In this document: positions 1 through 6,825 of the stretch, one piece after another | Position numbering within the stretch: position 1 is the first letter of the stretch | How the letters are laid out: each line of letters starts with the position of its first letter | Source: a virus | UHGV virus genome: UHGV-1374307 | DNA length: 8,788 nucleotides | Reading direction: 5' to 3' (one strand) | The notes under the pieces: generated by a model | Told to the model about the DNA's origin: nothing | The model's database searches: none | What the model saw: only the letters and a program-made list of their open reading frames with translations | Translations under genes and position numbers: made by a program

Positions 1-26
1 GGATTCGATTTTCGCAGCGGCCTTTT
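1..26. terminator. 3' half of a bidirectional terminator hairpin that spans the window junction
   Basis: CGCAGCGGCC (13-22) is the exact reverse complement of the last 10 nt of the window (8779-8788), leaving a 12-nt loop (1-12) and a downstream TTTT (23-26), if the molecule is circular. Confidence 0.5.
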
Positions 27-27
27 C

Positions 28-56
28 AACATAACGAGTCGTACATTATGCGCACC
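28..56 (-). other. dif-like Xer recombination site A (candidate attP half)
   Basis: Minus strand reads GGTGCGCATAA-TGTACGACTCG-TTATGTTGAAA. Left arm is 11/11 identical to the E. coli dif XerC arm and right arm 9/11 to the XerD arm TTATGTTAAAT (dif quoted from memory), but the central region is 11 nt instead of 6. Confidence 0.6.
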
Positions 57-96
57 AATGGTAAGGATGGCGGGAACTGGCGTTACCGGTGTGCCG

Positions 97-330
97 TCAT
101 TGGTCACAGACCGTAATCCACTGGCCCAGGACGTCTTTCAGGCAATGTTGGCATAAATCCAGTTTTAAGCGATTACTGTCACCAAAAATTGAACCGTATC
201 CAGCTAAGTGATTAACAGACAGAAACTCATTGAACTCAATGTCATCTACCACCGTCTTCGCATGGCGACCACAGCGATCGCAGGTCTTCGCACATAACAT
301 TACAGTATCGCTGGATGTGAAAAATTGCAT
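97..330 (-). CDS. Small putative zinc-ribbon protein (77 aa)
   Basis: Strong RBS (AGGAG, 5-nt spacer, ATG 328-330). Cys motifs CAKTCDRCG and CQHC suggest a zinc ribbon. Last gene before the dif-like hairpin region. Confidence 0.55.
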   Translation of the reverse strand: MQFFTSSDTVMLCAKTCDRCGRHAKTVVDDIEFNEFLSVNHLAGYGSIFGDSNRLKLDLCQHCLKDVLGQWITVCDQ

Positions 331-374
331 TTTATCTCCTCGTAATGCTGCCGCGCCGAATCAGCAATAACGCT

Positions 375-446
375 AAAAAAACAGAATTGTTCGGCTTGGC
401 CAACCCCTGACACTAACAAAAGCAAGTTTTGTTATTGTCCGGGGTT
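375..446 (-). other. Structured intergenic region between the two accessory genes (hairpins plus T7 run); possible terminator
   Basis: AACAAAA-GCAAG-TTTTGTT hairpin (415-433) nested in AACCCC...GGGGTT (402-446); 8-bp palindrome TTGGCCAA (396-403); A7 run at 375-381, which is a T7 run on the coding strand. Confidence 0.3.
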
Positions 447-447
447 A

Positions 448-756
448 TCATATAAACCAATAGACCGTCCTTACGCCATTCTGGTTATCAATAACATAGC
501 CGCATTGTTTCCTTAAAAATTCTTCTGCTAAATCAATGGCTTTTACAGAAATCTCATAAGAAGGAAGTAAAGTGTATCCTTTCCCTTCACTGGCAGCTGC
601 TTTGATCGCATCCAGAGTATTATCAATCAGTAACAGAGCAAGTGATGCTTCATTTACCTGAGCCGAAGAACTTCTGGCTGCAAGTGTCATTGTTTTTGCT
701 TCTTCCGCTGTAATCGTTCGTTCTGCCAGAGCAGATAAAATCCCATAAGAATCCAT
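448..756 (-). CDS. Hypothetical protein (102 aa), accessory gene downstream of gIV
   Basis: ATG 754-756 preceded by TTGGGGTAACTA; no paralog in Ff. No family recognised by eye. Confidence 0.5.
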   Translation of the reverse strand: MDSYGILSALAERTITAEEAKTMTLAARSSSAQVNEASLALLLIDNTLDAIKAAASEGKGYTLLPSYEISVKAIDLAEEFLRKQCGYVIDNQNGVRTVYWFI

Positions 757-776
757 TAGTTACCCCAATCAATAAT

Positions 777-836
777 GTCCATTTGATGGATAGCGAGCAG
801 GGCTCACGCACCTACCCGCTATCCATCAAAGTGGAC
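777..836 (-). other. Long near-perfect hairpin overlapping the gIV stop codon; candidate packaging-signal and/or terminator hairpin
   Basis: GTCCATTTGATGGATAGCG (777-795) pairs with CGCTATCCATCAAA(G)TGGAC (817-836): ~19-bp stem with one bulged G and a 21-nt loop. No U-tract follows on the coding strand. In Ff the packaging-signal hairpin lies immediately 3' of gIV. Confidence 0.45.
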
Positions 837-2091
837 GAATGATATGTGCTGTAAGCAAAATATACATAATACGCTGTTCATTGCTGTCTGCCTTGCTACT
901 GAAAATCCAGCCTATAAGAGGAATTTTACTTATAACTGGAACTGAACGCTCGGCATTGCTGAACGATGAATCGATAAGCCCCCCCAATAACAACGTCTGA
1001 CCATCCTTAATCTGGACTGTCGTCTGAATCTGGCGCTGATTAGTAATAATATCGGATGCCTGATCATCATTGCTGATTGAATCAGCGCGAGTGTCGATAG
1101 TCAGAACTAGTTGCCCGTTACCCATGACAACAGGCGTTACCTTGAGAGAAACGCCAACATCATGACGCTCGATAGTCTGAAACGGATTATTTACCCCGGC
1201 AGATTCGCCCGTTACCTTTCCGGTGATAAACGGCACATTCTTACCTACGGAAATGTAACCAGTCTGACCAGACTGAGTAAGAATACGCGGCGTTGAAATC
1301 ACCTTAGAGCGTGAATTACTCTGGACAGCACGCAGAGACAGCGCCAACACGTTACCATCAAAAATACCAAAAGAACCGCCCGCCGTAGAAAGAGCGCTAC
1401 CCAGTGCAGAAGTATTAAAGCCCCCCGCAACCTTATGACCGGATGCAGAACCTGCCGCAAACGATAAATCAACGCCATCAGACAAGCTGGTTTCAAACAT
1501 CAGCGACTGAATGAGAACCTGATCGCGGGCAACATCCACAGAATTGATAAAATCGGACAGAACCGGCAGCAGCTCGTCAGGCGCAGAAACAATCAGCGAG
1601 TTATTGCCTGGATAATCCACGACATTACCACCACCATTAGAATCAAGATAAATTTTAATCAGTTGCTGAACATCGGACGATCTAACTTTTGTCAGCTTAA
1701 AATTTCTGACCGTAAGCGCCACAGGTACTGGCTGGTAAGATGGCTCAGAAGGAAAAGTATCATAAGACTGGTTATCAGAATCATCGGAATCCGAAACCAT
1801 CTGTGAAGGTAATTTAGACGGCAAAGAGACTACCGCAGGATTGCCAGAAAGCATGACAAAACCGTTAGCATTCAGAACAGACTTAAAGAAATCATCAATA
1901 TTTGCTGGATTAACATCAGCATTAAATACGGTTACGTTTCCTTTAATATCAGGATTAACAATAACAGGCTTGCCAGTTTTTGAAGAATACCACTGAACAA
2001 ATGAGCGAACAGATGAATTATTTAAATTAACAGTTTCAGCAGAAACGCAGAATGAATAGGCAAATAAAAAAGCAACAATAACAGAGCGCAT
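826..2091 (-). CDS. IV: Outer-membrane secretin pIV (421 aa)
   Basis: Signal peptide MRSVIVAFLFAYSFCVSA; secretin motifs shared with Ff pIV (VPFITGKVTGESAGVNNPFQTIERHDVG; DGQTLLLGGL; ISKIPLIGWIFSS). Preferred start ATG 2089-2091 with AGGAG 9 nt upstream; the track ORF is extended upstream to 2184. Confidence 0.95.
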   Translation of the reverse strand: MRSVIVAFLFAYSFCVSAETVNLNNSSVRSFVQWYSSKTGKPVIVNPDIKGNVTVFNADVNPANIDDFFKSVLNANGFVMLSGNPAVVSLPSKLPSQMVSDSDDSDNQSYDTFPSEPSYQPVPVALTVRNFKLTKVRSSDVQQLIKIYLDSNGGGNVVDYPGNNSLIVSAPDELLPVLSDFINSVDVARDQVLIQSLMFETSLSDGVDLSFAAGSASGHKVAGGFNTSALGSALSTAGGSFGIFDGNVLALSLRAVQSNSRSKVISTPRILTQSGQTGYISVGKNVPFITGKVTGESAGVNNPFQTIERHDVGVSLKVTPVVMGNGQLVLTIDTRADSISNDDQASDIITNQRQIQTTVQIKDGQTLLLGGLIDSSFSNAERSVPVISKIPLIGWIFSSKADSNEQRIMYILLTAHIIRPL

Positions 2092-2098
2092 AATAATA

Positions 2099-2473
2099 TT
2101 ACTCCTGACAGGTAACAGTCTGTAAATAACGGCCTTTTCTAATAACAACACGACAGGCATCTTTAATATCAACGGAATAACCATCTTTAATCAAATCAAA
2201 ATACTGATATTTCATACCTTTTGCATCAACAAACGTAACGGAAACGTCAAAGCCAAGTTGTGAAAAAGAATTAATAGAAAGTCGGGGTAAGTCACTGGAC
2301 GAATCAGGCGTTACCGCCCTCGCCTGTTCAGCATAAGCAGATTTAATAGCTGAGATTTCATCAACATTCTTTCCAGACTGGAGCCAGAAACCAAACGCAA
2401 GCCCCAGCGCCAAAAAAGAAAGCATTAATATAAGACGGTTCGATTTGCGAAAATAAATTTTAGTGAGGCGCAT
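2099..2473 (-). CDS. XI: pXI, in-frame internal restart in gene I (124 aa, membrane-anchored C-terminal part)
   Basis: Internal Met at codon 241 (ATG 2471-2473), MRLTKIYFRKSNRLILMLSFLALGLAFGFW; Ff pXI also starts at Met241 with MKLTKIYLKKFSRV... (from memory). Confidence 0.6.
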   Translation of the reverse strand: MRLTKIYFRKSNRLILMLSFLALGLAFGFWLQSGKNVDEISAIKSAYAEQARAVTPDSSSDLPRLSINSFSQLGFDVSVTFVDAKGMKYQYFDLIKDGYSVDIKDACRVVIRKGRYLQTVTCQE

Positions 2474-3193
2474 ATAATAATTAAATCCTCTGTGAACAGA
2501 AAATTGACCGTGCGTGATAAATGGTGGCAAAAGCGAAAATGCGCCATGAGGATAATTATCTGTGAACGCTTGTTTGGTATTGTAAGCAGAATAAAGAGAT
2601 TTTCCTGTATATATCCATTTATCAACAGTGATTGAATTAACATTGTCACCATATTTGACAATGCCAAAGTGTACCTTTGGTAGAGAAAATCTCGCCCCTG
2701 AAACCAAATTCATAATGGAGCCAACAAAAGGAATGTTTAATTTATCTGAACGGCGACAATAAACAACATGCTCAGCAAGCGCCAGACGAGCTTGCTTATC
2801 CATTATCGAAATATCCTGAATCAAAAATATAATATCCCAGCCTAATTTTCTGGCATGTAAAAACCAGTCAATAACAGGTTGTCTGTCTTTATCACCCCAT
2901 GAGCGGGAATTAAACCAAGTACCACATTCATCAAGTACAAGGAGGCCATTACGGGATTCATCGTAAGATGCATTCCCAATACCAATAGCAAGTAAATCAT
3001 TTAATGAAGGCTTGTCAGGAATGCGAATAACGCGCGTTTTTTTCGCATAACGCCCAACCATAGGCATATTATGCAATTTAAGATCAAGATTAGTGGCAAC
3101 AGGACAACCCTTAGCAAGTCTTTCCTGTATTCTGGAAACACTAACAAGTGTCTTGCCTGAGCCTAATTTGCCTGTTACTACATAAACCGCCAT
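2099..3193 (-). CDS. I: Assembly ATPase pI (Zot-like), 364 aa
   Basis: MAVYVVTGKLGSGKTLVS (Walker A), LVLDECGTWFN, IDWFLHARKLGWDIIFL, EHVVYCRR: strong similarity to Ff pI across the N-terminal domain as I recall it. ATG 3191-3193 abuts the gVI stop (TAAATG). Confidence 0.95.
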   Translation of the reverse strand: MAVYVVTGKLGSGKTLVSVSRIQERLAKGCPVATNLDLKLHNMPMVGRYAKKTRVIRIPDKPSLNDLLAIGIGNASYDESRNGLLVLDECGTWFNSRSWGDKDRQPVIDWFLHARKLGWDIIFLIQDISIMDKQARLALAEHVVYCRRSDKLNIPFVGSIMNLVSGARFSLPKVHFGIVKYGDNVNSITVDKWIYTGKSLYSAYNTKQAFTDNYPHGAFSLLPPFITHGQFSVHRGFNYYMRLTKIYFRKSNRLILMLSFLALGLAFGFWLQSGKNVDEISAIKSAYAEQARAVTPDSSSDLPRLSINSFSQLGFDVSVTFVDAKGMKYQYFDLIKDGYSVDIKDACRVVIRKGRYLQTVTCQE

Positions 3194-3535
3194 TTAAATC
3201 ACCCTGTTTGCATAATCAAGAAATTTTTGTTTTAAATCGAAAACAAAAACACTGATACGAGTAACCATAATAACGTTAACACACGCCTGAAAATGGTCAG
3301 GCAATACAGACGCCATTAAATGGGAGAAATCAGCAGGTAAACCGTTATACATGACCTCAGCAAGGTACTGCATTAAAAGCGTAACAGTTGTTGTAATTAA
3401 TGCGACCAATGCAAAGGCGATTAATCCTGTTCTGGTAGCAAGTCGAGCTAAAAAACTCGCCACATAGCCAATAAACAAAGGAACAAGACCAATAAGAAAA
3501 CGCAACAATGCAGGAATACCCAATAATAAAGGCAT
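3194..3535 (-). CDS. VI: Minor coat protein pVI (113 aa)
   Basis: [14 protein letters not shown]... vs Ff pVI MPVLLGIPLLLRFL...; C-terminal FVFDLKQK vs Ff FIFDVKQK. Preferred start is ATG 3533-3535, overlapping the gIII stop (TGATG); the track begins one codon earlier at GTG 3538. Confidence 0.9.
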   Translation of the reverse strand: MPLLLGIPALLRFLIGLVPLFIGYVASFLARLATRTGLIAFALVALITTTVTLLMQYLAEVMYNGLPADFSHLMASVLPDHFQACVNVIMVTRISVFVFDLKQKFLDYANRVI

Positions 3536-4782
3536 CACTCACCCCCTTTGCGAAGCAATGAAGTTAAAGAAGTAAAGACATACCAGAACGTAAGGCAATA
3601 AAAAACCCATGAAAGAACATCTTTAATAGTCAGTAATTTATCGCAACCAATATCAATCTGATAAACCTCTCCGGGAAATATAATAAAATCAGAGCAGCCG
3701 TTACCATTGGGTAAATTAGGCAGCATAGCACCTTTATTTAAAAATGCTTCCCATAAAGCACCGTGAGAATCCTTTTCAATTCCCAATTCAGAATCAGCCA
3801 AAGTAGAAGCGCCATCTAATTCAGAGTCGCCCTTTCCATAACGAGAATCACCACCTGAAGGGTCAGCAAAACGGCCAGCCCCCCGCGTAAGATTGTTAAT
3901 GGAATCGTCAAGACGATTTATATTATTCCTGGTTTGTTCATCGGCATTTTTTTTATCATCTGATGAAGTGTCTTTCTCCGTTAATTTATCATGAATATCG
4001 CTGGCTATTTTGGGTGAAGCACCTTCGATCGCAGACTGAATATCACCTTTAGAAAGACTGGAACCACTAGAGTCACCGCCAGAACTACCGCCAGAACTAC
4101 CGCCACCGGACTCACCACCGCCAGACTCACCACCGCTGGACTCACCACTGCCAGACTCACCACCACCATTTTGGGGGGTTGAGGGTTTATCAGAGGGGTC
4201 AGCTACAGCACCTGTAGGCTTCCATGTTGCAGCGCAAACAGTACCATCACCCTGACAAACAATGACACCAGTAGCCTCATATTCACAGCCGTTATAGTAG
4301 ATATAGCGACCACCATCATATGAATCAACATTATTAAATACACCTTCTTCTGGCGGCTTCGCTTCACAAATTTCTTCTGGTGTCGGGTCAGTAGGTTTTT
4401 CATCAGGAACAGAACGCTGAATATTACCAACAATATAAGCCGTTAAAGACCAATATTTATCCTTCTGCCCTGGTGAATCGCTGTAAGTACAATCGCCAGT
4501 AAAAACAAGACGGAATTCAGAATCAGGCCAGATACCCTCATAAGTTGGTTTAATCCGAGTAAATACACTCTGAGCACTGGATTTAGCACCCTGACAAGCG
4601 GAGGCCTGCATAGCAGCATCAATATAGTAAACCGTTATCTTAGAGCCATCCTGATTGGTTATTTGCTTACTTTCAGCGTAGGCAGAACTTTGATAAGTGG
4701 ATTTAGTAATGCTTTCCCATGACTCAGCATGTGAAAAAGGAGAAATGAGGACAGCGGAAAGAATTAATATTTTCCTTCTCAT
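3535..4782 (-). CDS. III: Adsorption/minor coat protein pIII (415 aa)
   Basis: True start is the internal ATG at 4780-4782 ([19 protein letters not shown] signal peptide); the track ORF is an upstream read-through. Contains an Ff N1-like TolA-binding motif ([31 protein letters not shown] vs Ff RYANYEGCLWNATGVVVCTGDETQCYGTWVP), a Gly/Ser/Glu-rich linker, and a C-terminal membrane anchor (CDKLL...[20 protein letters not shown] vs Ff CDKINLF...FMYVFSTFANILRNKES). Confidence 0.9.
   Translation of the reverse strand: MRRKILILSAVLISPFSHAESWESITKSTYQSSAYAESKQITNQDGSKITVYYIDAAMQASACQGAKSSAQSVFTRIKPTYEGIWPDSEFRLVFTGDCTYSDSPGQKDKYWSLTAYIVGNIQRSVPDEKPTDPTPEEICEAKPPEEGVFNNVDSYDGGRYIYYNGCEYEATGVIVCQGDGTVCAATWKPTGAVADPSDKPSTPQNGGGESGSGESSGGESGGGESGGGSSGGSSGGDSSGSSLSKGDIQSAIEGASPKIASDIHDKLTEKDTSSDDKKNADEQTRNNINRLDDSINNLTRGAGRFADPSGGDSRYGKGDSELDGASTLADSELGIEKDSHGALWEAFLNKGAMLPNLPNGNGCSDFIIFPGEVYQIDIGCDKLLTIKDVLSWVFYCLTFWYVFTSLTSLLRKGGE
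4072..4168 (-). repeat. Tandem imperfect 12-15 bp repeats encoding the pIII Gly/Ser/Glu linker
   Basis: Plus strand reads CACCGCCAGAACTAC CGCCAGAACTAC CGCCACCGGACTCACCACCGCCAGACTCACCACCGCTGGACTCACCACTGCCAGACTCACCACC; encodes [31 protein letters not shown]. Confidence 0.8.
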
Positions 4783-4791
4783 AGTAACCCG

Positions 4792-4819
4792 CTTTAATAA
4801 AGGGGCAACGAGTGCCCCT
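4792..4819 (-). terminator. Rho-independent terminator between gVIII and gIII
   Basis: On the coding strand: AGGGGCA-CTCGT-TGCCCCT followed by TTATTAAAG, immediately after the gVIII stop and before the gIII start; same position as the strong post-gVIII terminator of Ff phages. Confidence 0.8.
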
Positions 4820-4828
4820 GAGTGAAAT

Positions 4829-5071
4829 TCAAACCGCTTTTGAAGAGAATTTTTTGAAAATACGAATGGCAAGCCCAGCGCCAACCACAGCAACAACAAC
4901 AGGCCATACTTTACCAATGAGATCATTTGCCTGAGTCAACAAAGCATCCATTGCCTGACCTGCATAATCAGTACCACCTGTAGCGCCTTCAGCCGCAAAA
5001 GAACTTGCAGAAATAAAAAGCGCAGTTGAAGCCAAAGCAATTTTATATTTAACAGTAGACAGAATTTTCAT
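4829..5071 (-). CDS. VIII: Major coat protein pVIII precursor (80 aa; signal peptide ending SFA, mature ~54 aa)
   Basis: [26 protein letters not shown] / AEGATGG...[25 protein letters not shown]: signal peptide, acidic N-terminus, hydrophobic core and basic C-terminal tail typical of Ff/IKe coat proteins (the KKFSSKAV tail is IKe-like, from memory). SD GGAG 8 nt upstream of ATG 5069-5071. Confidence 0.95.
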   Translation of the reverse strand: MKILSTVKYKIALASTALFISASSFAAEGATGGTDYAGQAMDALLTQANDLIGKVWPVVVAVVGAGLAIRIFKKFSSKAV

Positions 5072-5090
5072 AGGAATAACTCCATTAAGG

Positions 5091-5186
5091 TTACATTAAT
5101 CGGTCAGAAAATGATTTAAATGAACCGACCGCATAGAAAAGGGCAAAACCAAAGGTATAAGCCCCGAAGAAATAAACGATATACAT
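5091..5186 (-). CDS. IX: Minor coat protein pIX-like (31 aa)
   Basis: ATG 5184-5186 overlaps the gVII stop (TAATG). Product MYIVYFFGAYTFGFALFYAVGSFKSFSDRLM resembles Ff pIX (MSVLVYSFASFVLGW...YFTRLM...). It is the C-terminal 31 aa of track ORF 5091..5315. Confidence 0.7.
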   Translation of the reverse strand: MYIVYFFGAYTFGFALFYAVGSFKSFSDRLM

Positions 5187-5272
5187 TAACGAAAGACCCC
5201 CGCAGTAATCGCGCCAAGGCCAAAAGAAATAACGATGCCAGACGCTATCAAAATTTGAATAACATCGTCCAT
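5186..5272 (-). CDS. VII: Minor coat protein pVII-like (28 aa, hydrophobic)
   Basis: Hand translation from ATG 5270-5272: MDDVIQILIASGIVISFGLGAITAGVFR, stop TAA 5186-5188. Small hydrophobic peptide between gV and gIX as in Ff. Below the ORF-track size cutoff. Confidence 0.6.
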   Translation of the reverse strand: MDDVIQILIASGIVISFGLGAITAGVFR

Positions 5273-5274
5273 AT

Positions 5275-5592
5275 TTAACCTTTGATCTCTGCGATGCCAC
5301 CATCGGAAGCAACATTATAAGTTACACCTTCCCTACCCTCCATTGACCACGCACGGACATAGACAGGAATTTGAACTAATTTCCCAATGAAAGCATTCGC
5401 CTGGTTCATTAGACCTGCGTTAACGAGAGCCTGAGAAACTCGAATAATAATTTGATCCTGCTTTGTACCACCAAAACCATCAGGTATTTCAAGGCCAATA
5501 CCAATTTCATTATAATAGCCCTGACCATTAACTTTATTACGTTGGCGGGCTCCCAACATTTTACCCTTAACGAAAAGACCATAATTAGACAT
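5275..5592 (-). CDS. V: Putative ssDNA-binding protein at the gene V position (105 aa)
   Basis: ATG at 5590-5592 with AAAGGAAAGTAAT upstream; sits exactly between gII/gX and gVII as in Ff. Sequence shows no clear similarity to Ff pV beyond a loose R...G.GY...L[DE] pattern, so the call rests on synteny. Confidence 0.55.
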   Translation of the reverse strand: MSNYGLFVKGKMLGARQRNKVNGQGYYNEIGIGLEIPDGFGGTKQDQIIIRVSQALVNAGLMNQANAFIGKLVQIPVYVRAWSMEGREGVTYNVASDGGIAEIKG

Positions 5593-5603
5593 ATTACTTT
5601 CCT

Positions 5604-5918
5604 TTAATGCCAGCTACTGGCGTGCGAAATACGGTTGTAATCGAAAATAAAACCTTTCTCATAAATCCATAAGGGGATTTCCGCTGGCTTGGCTTCCAGC
5701 GTTCTTATTAGCGGAACAACGTTATTAGAGTCTGGTGAATCACAATAGAAATTAATATCGATACCGAACGAAAGCAATTCTCTTCTATGGCGATAAAAAG
5801 TGTTATGAGGTAACATTTCTTTCATGTTAGCCCCTTGTTTCCAAAGTAAATAAGTTGACTGTATTTTTCTTGGCAGTTTCGTTATTTTTTCATCACTTAA
5901 AATAGCATTCTGATTCAT
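5604..5918 (-). CDS. X: pX, in-frame internal restart within gene II (C-terminal 104 aa)
   Basis: Internal ATG at 5916-5918 giving MNQNAILSDEK... (Ff pX also begins MN...); preceded on the coding strand by GGGAGAATAGAA (SD GGGAG). Same arrangement as Ff gene X. Confidence 0.65.
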   Translation of the reverse strand: MNQNAILSDEKITKLPRKIQSTYLLWKQGANMKEMLPHNTFYRHRRELLSFGIDINFYCDSPDSNNVVPLIRTLEAKPAEIPLWIYEKGFIFDYNRISHASSWH

Positions 5919-6656
5919 TTCTATTCTCCCTACATATTCAGAGAATAATTGACGTGGTGTTTTCATATTCCAGTTAGCGCCAAGCGTTAAATTTAAATCA
6001 ATAAGCTCAGTTGTTCTTAATGTTAATTCAATACGTAATTTATCTTTCGTCCAGTCCAGTAACCCGGCTCGTACAAACTCTTCGGCTATCTGGTGCCCTT
6101 TTTTACCAGAAACGTGTTCATCATATTTTGAATAAAATTTCAGACTCCATCGACGGGAGTTTTTACCTAAATAAACTGTACCGCCTTTCCCACATGCGCG
6201 ACCATGGCGTGTTTTAGCTTTAAATTCGGCGGCATAAAGCCATGATCTGACATTTTCCAGCGTAGATAATGAATACATGTAATTAATGTCAACACGTGAA
6301 ATTTTATACTGACCTGCCATAACGGCTTTATAAGACGCTAAATCATGAGGAATATTCAATAAGGATAAAATCCTGGCATAGACCGTCAACATGAGCCCTT
6401 GTATATCATCCGACCCAACAACAGAATGCCCCTGCAGAAACTTGGAAGGATTACCATCAATGTACAAATGTGTCGCTTTACCTTCGCCATTAGATCCTAT
6501 CGATCGTACTTTCATCGTTGCTTCATGCGAGCCGCGAACAGTCAGTCGCTTAACGGTTTCCCACTCAATTGCACCGTCAGCATCAACGCTGACAACACTC
6601 CCCGCCGGAAGCGGTTTGTGTGTGCAAGGGAAAATCCCGGTAAGCCAATCGATCAC
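5604..6656 (-). CDS. II: Replication initiation protein pII (rolling-circle nickase)
   Basis: Motifs shared with Ff pII as I recall it: KFLQGHSVVG (Ff KVLQGHNVFG) and C-terminal NNVVPLIR (Ff NNVVPLVR). ORF track starts at GTG 6698 with no Shine-Dalgarno; I prefer the in-frame GTG at 6654-6656, preceded by TTGAGGATTTATTC (GAGGA, 7-nt spacer), giving N-terminus MIDWL like Ff MIDML. Exact start uncertain. Confidence 0.85.
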   Translation of the reverse strand: MIDWLTGIFPCTHKPLPAGSVVSVDADGAIEWETVKRLTVRGSHEATMKVRSIGSNGEGKATHLYIDGNPSKFLQGHSVVGSDDIQGLMLTVYARILSLLNIPHDLASYKAVMAGQYKISRVDINYMYSLSTLENVRSWLYAAEFKAKTRHGRACGKGGTVYLGKNSRRWSLKFYSKYDEHVSGKKGHQIAEEFVRAGLLDWTKDKLRIELTLRTTELIDLNLTLGANWNMKTPRQLFSEYVGRIEMNQNAILSDEKITKLPRKIQSTYLLWKQGANMKEMLPHNTFYRHRRELLSFGIDINFYCDSPDSNNVVPLIRTLEAKPAEIPLWIYEKGFIFDYNRISHASSWH

Positions 6657-6825
6657 GAATAAATCCTCAAAATTGCAAAAATGACGACTTACTAACACAT
6701 GAGTTCAGTAGTTCATTAGTGTTTAAACATTACACCAGTGAGCTAGTGAGTTCAAGAGGCTTGGATGATATGAGTTCATGAGCATGTATACTCACTTCAA
6801 ATATTGCATTGAACGAGCGTAAAAA
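6657..6825. promoter_or_regulatory. Divergent control region between gII and the plus-strand accessory block, with three direct TGAGTTCA repeats
   Basis: TGAGTTCA at 6700-6707, 6747-6754 and 6771-6778, plus AGTGAG half-repeats at 6737-6742 and 6745-6750. The region must contain the gII promoter and the promoter of CDS 6826-7008. No promoter hexamers assigned confidently. Confidence 0.45.

Noticed and set aside
28-56. Site A treated alone as a functional duplex dif site
   Set aside because: Central region is 11 nt rather than 6; a folded single-strand attP with site B is the more coherent explanation.
1111-1296. Plus-strand 61-aa ORF inside gIV
   Set aside because: Antisense to the well-supported secretin gene; no RBS noted.
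1299-1496. Minus-strand 65-aa ORF overlapping gIV in another frame
   Set aside because: Alternative frame of a strongly supported gene; Arg/Leu-rich low-complexity product.
826-2184. Upstream-extended starts given by the ORF track for gIV (2184), gIII (4926) and gII (GTG 6698)
   Set aside because: Internal starts at 2091, 4782 and 6656 give proper signal peptides or the conserved MID N-terminus, have Shine-Dalgarno sequences, and respect the Ff-type gene junctions.
2425-2667. 80-aa ORF in an alternative frame of gI
   Set aside because: Lies entirely within gI coding sequence in another frame; no support.
3357-3542. 61-aa ORF overlapping gVI
   Set aside because: Alternative frame of gVI; Cys/Tyr-rich product typical of spurious frames.
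4072-4168. Short tandem repeats considered as a possible CRISPR-like or VNTR locus
   Set aside because: Repeats are in frame within gIII and encode the glycine-rich linker; no spacer/repeat architecture.
4203-4433. 76-aa ORF in an alternative frame of gIII
   Set aside because: Embedded in gIII in another frame.
5091-5315. 74-aa track ORF spanning the gV/gVII/gIX region
   Set aside because: Only its C-terminal 31 aa (from ATG 5184-5186) corresponds to pIX; the upstream part overlaps gV and gVII in another frame.
6011-6684. Three plus-strand ORFs (6011-6217, 6391-6684, 6399-6662) antisense to gII
   Set aside because: Antisense to the replication gene, mutually overlapping, no RBS.
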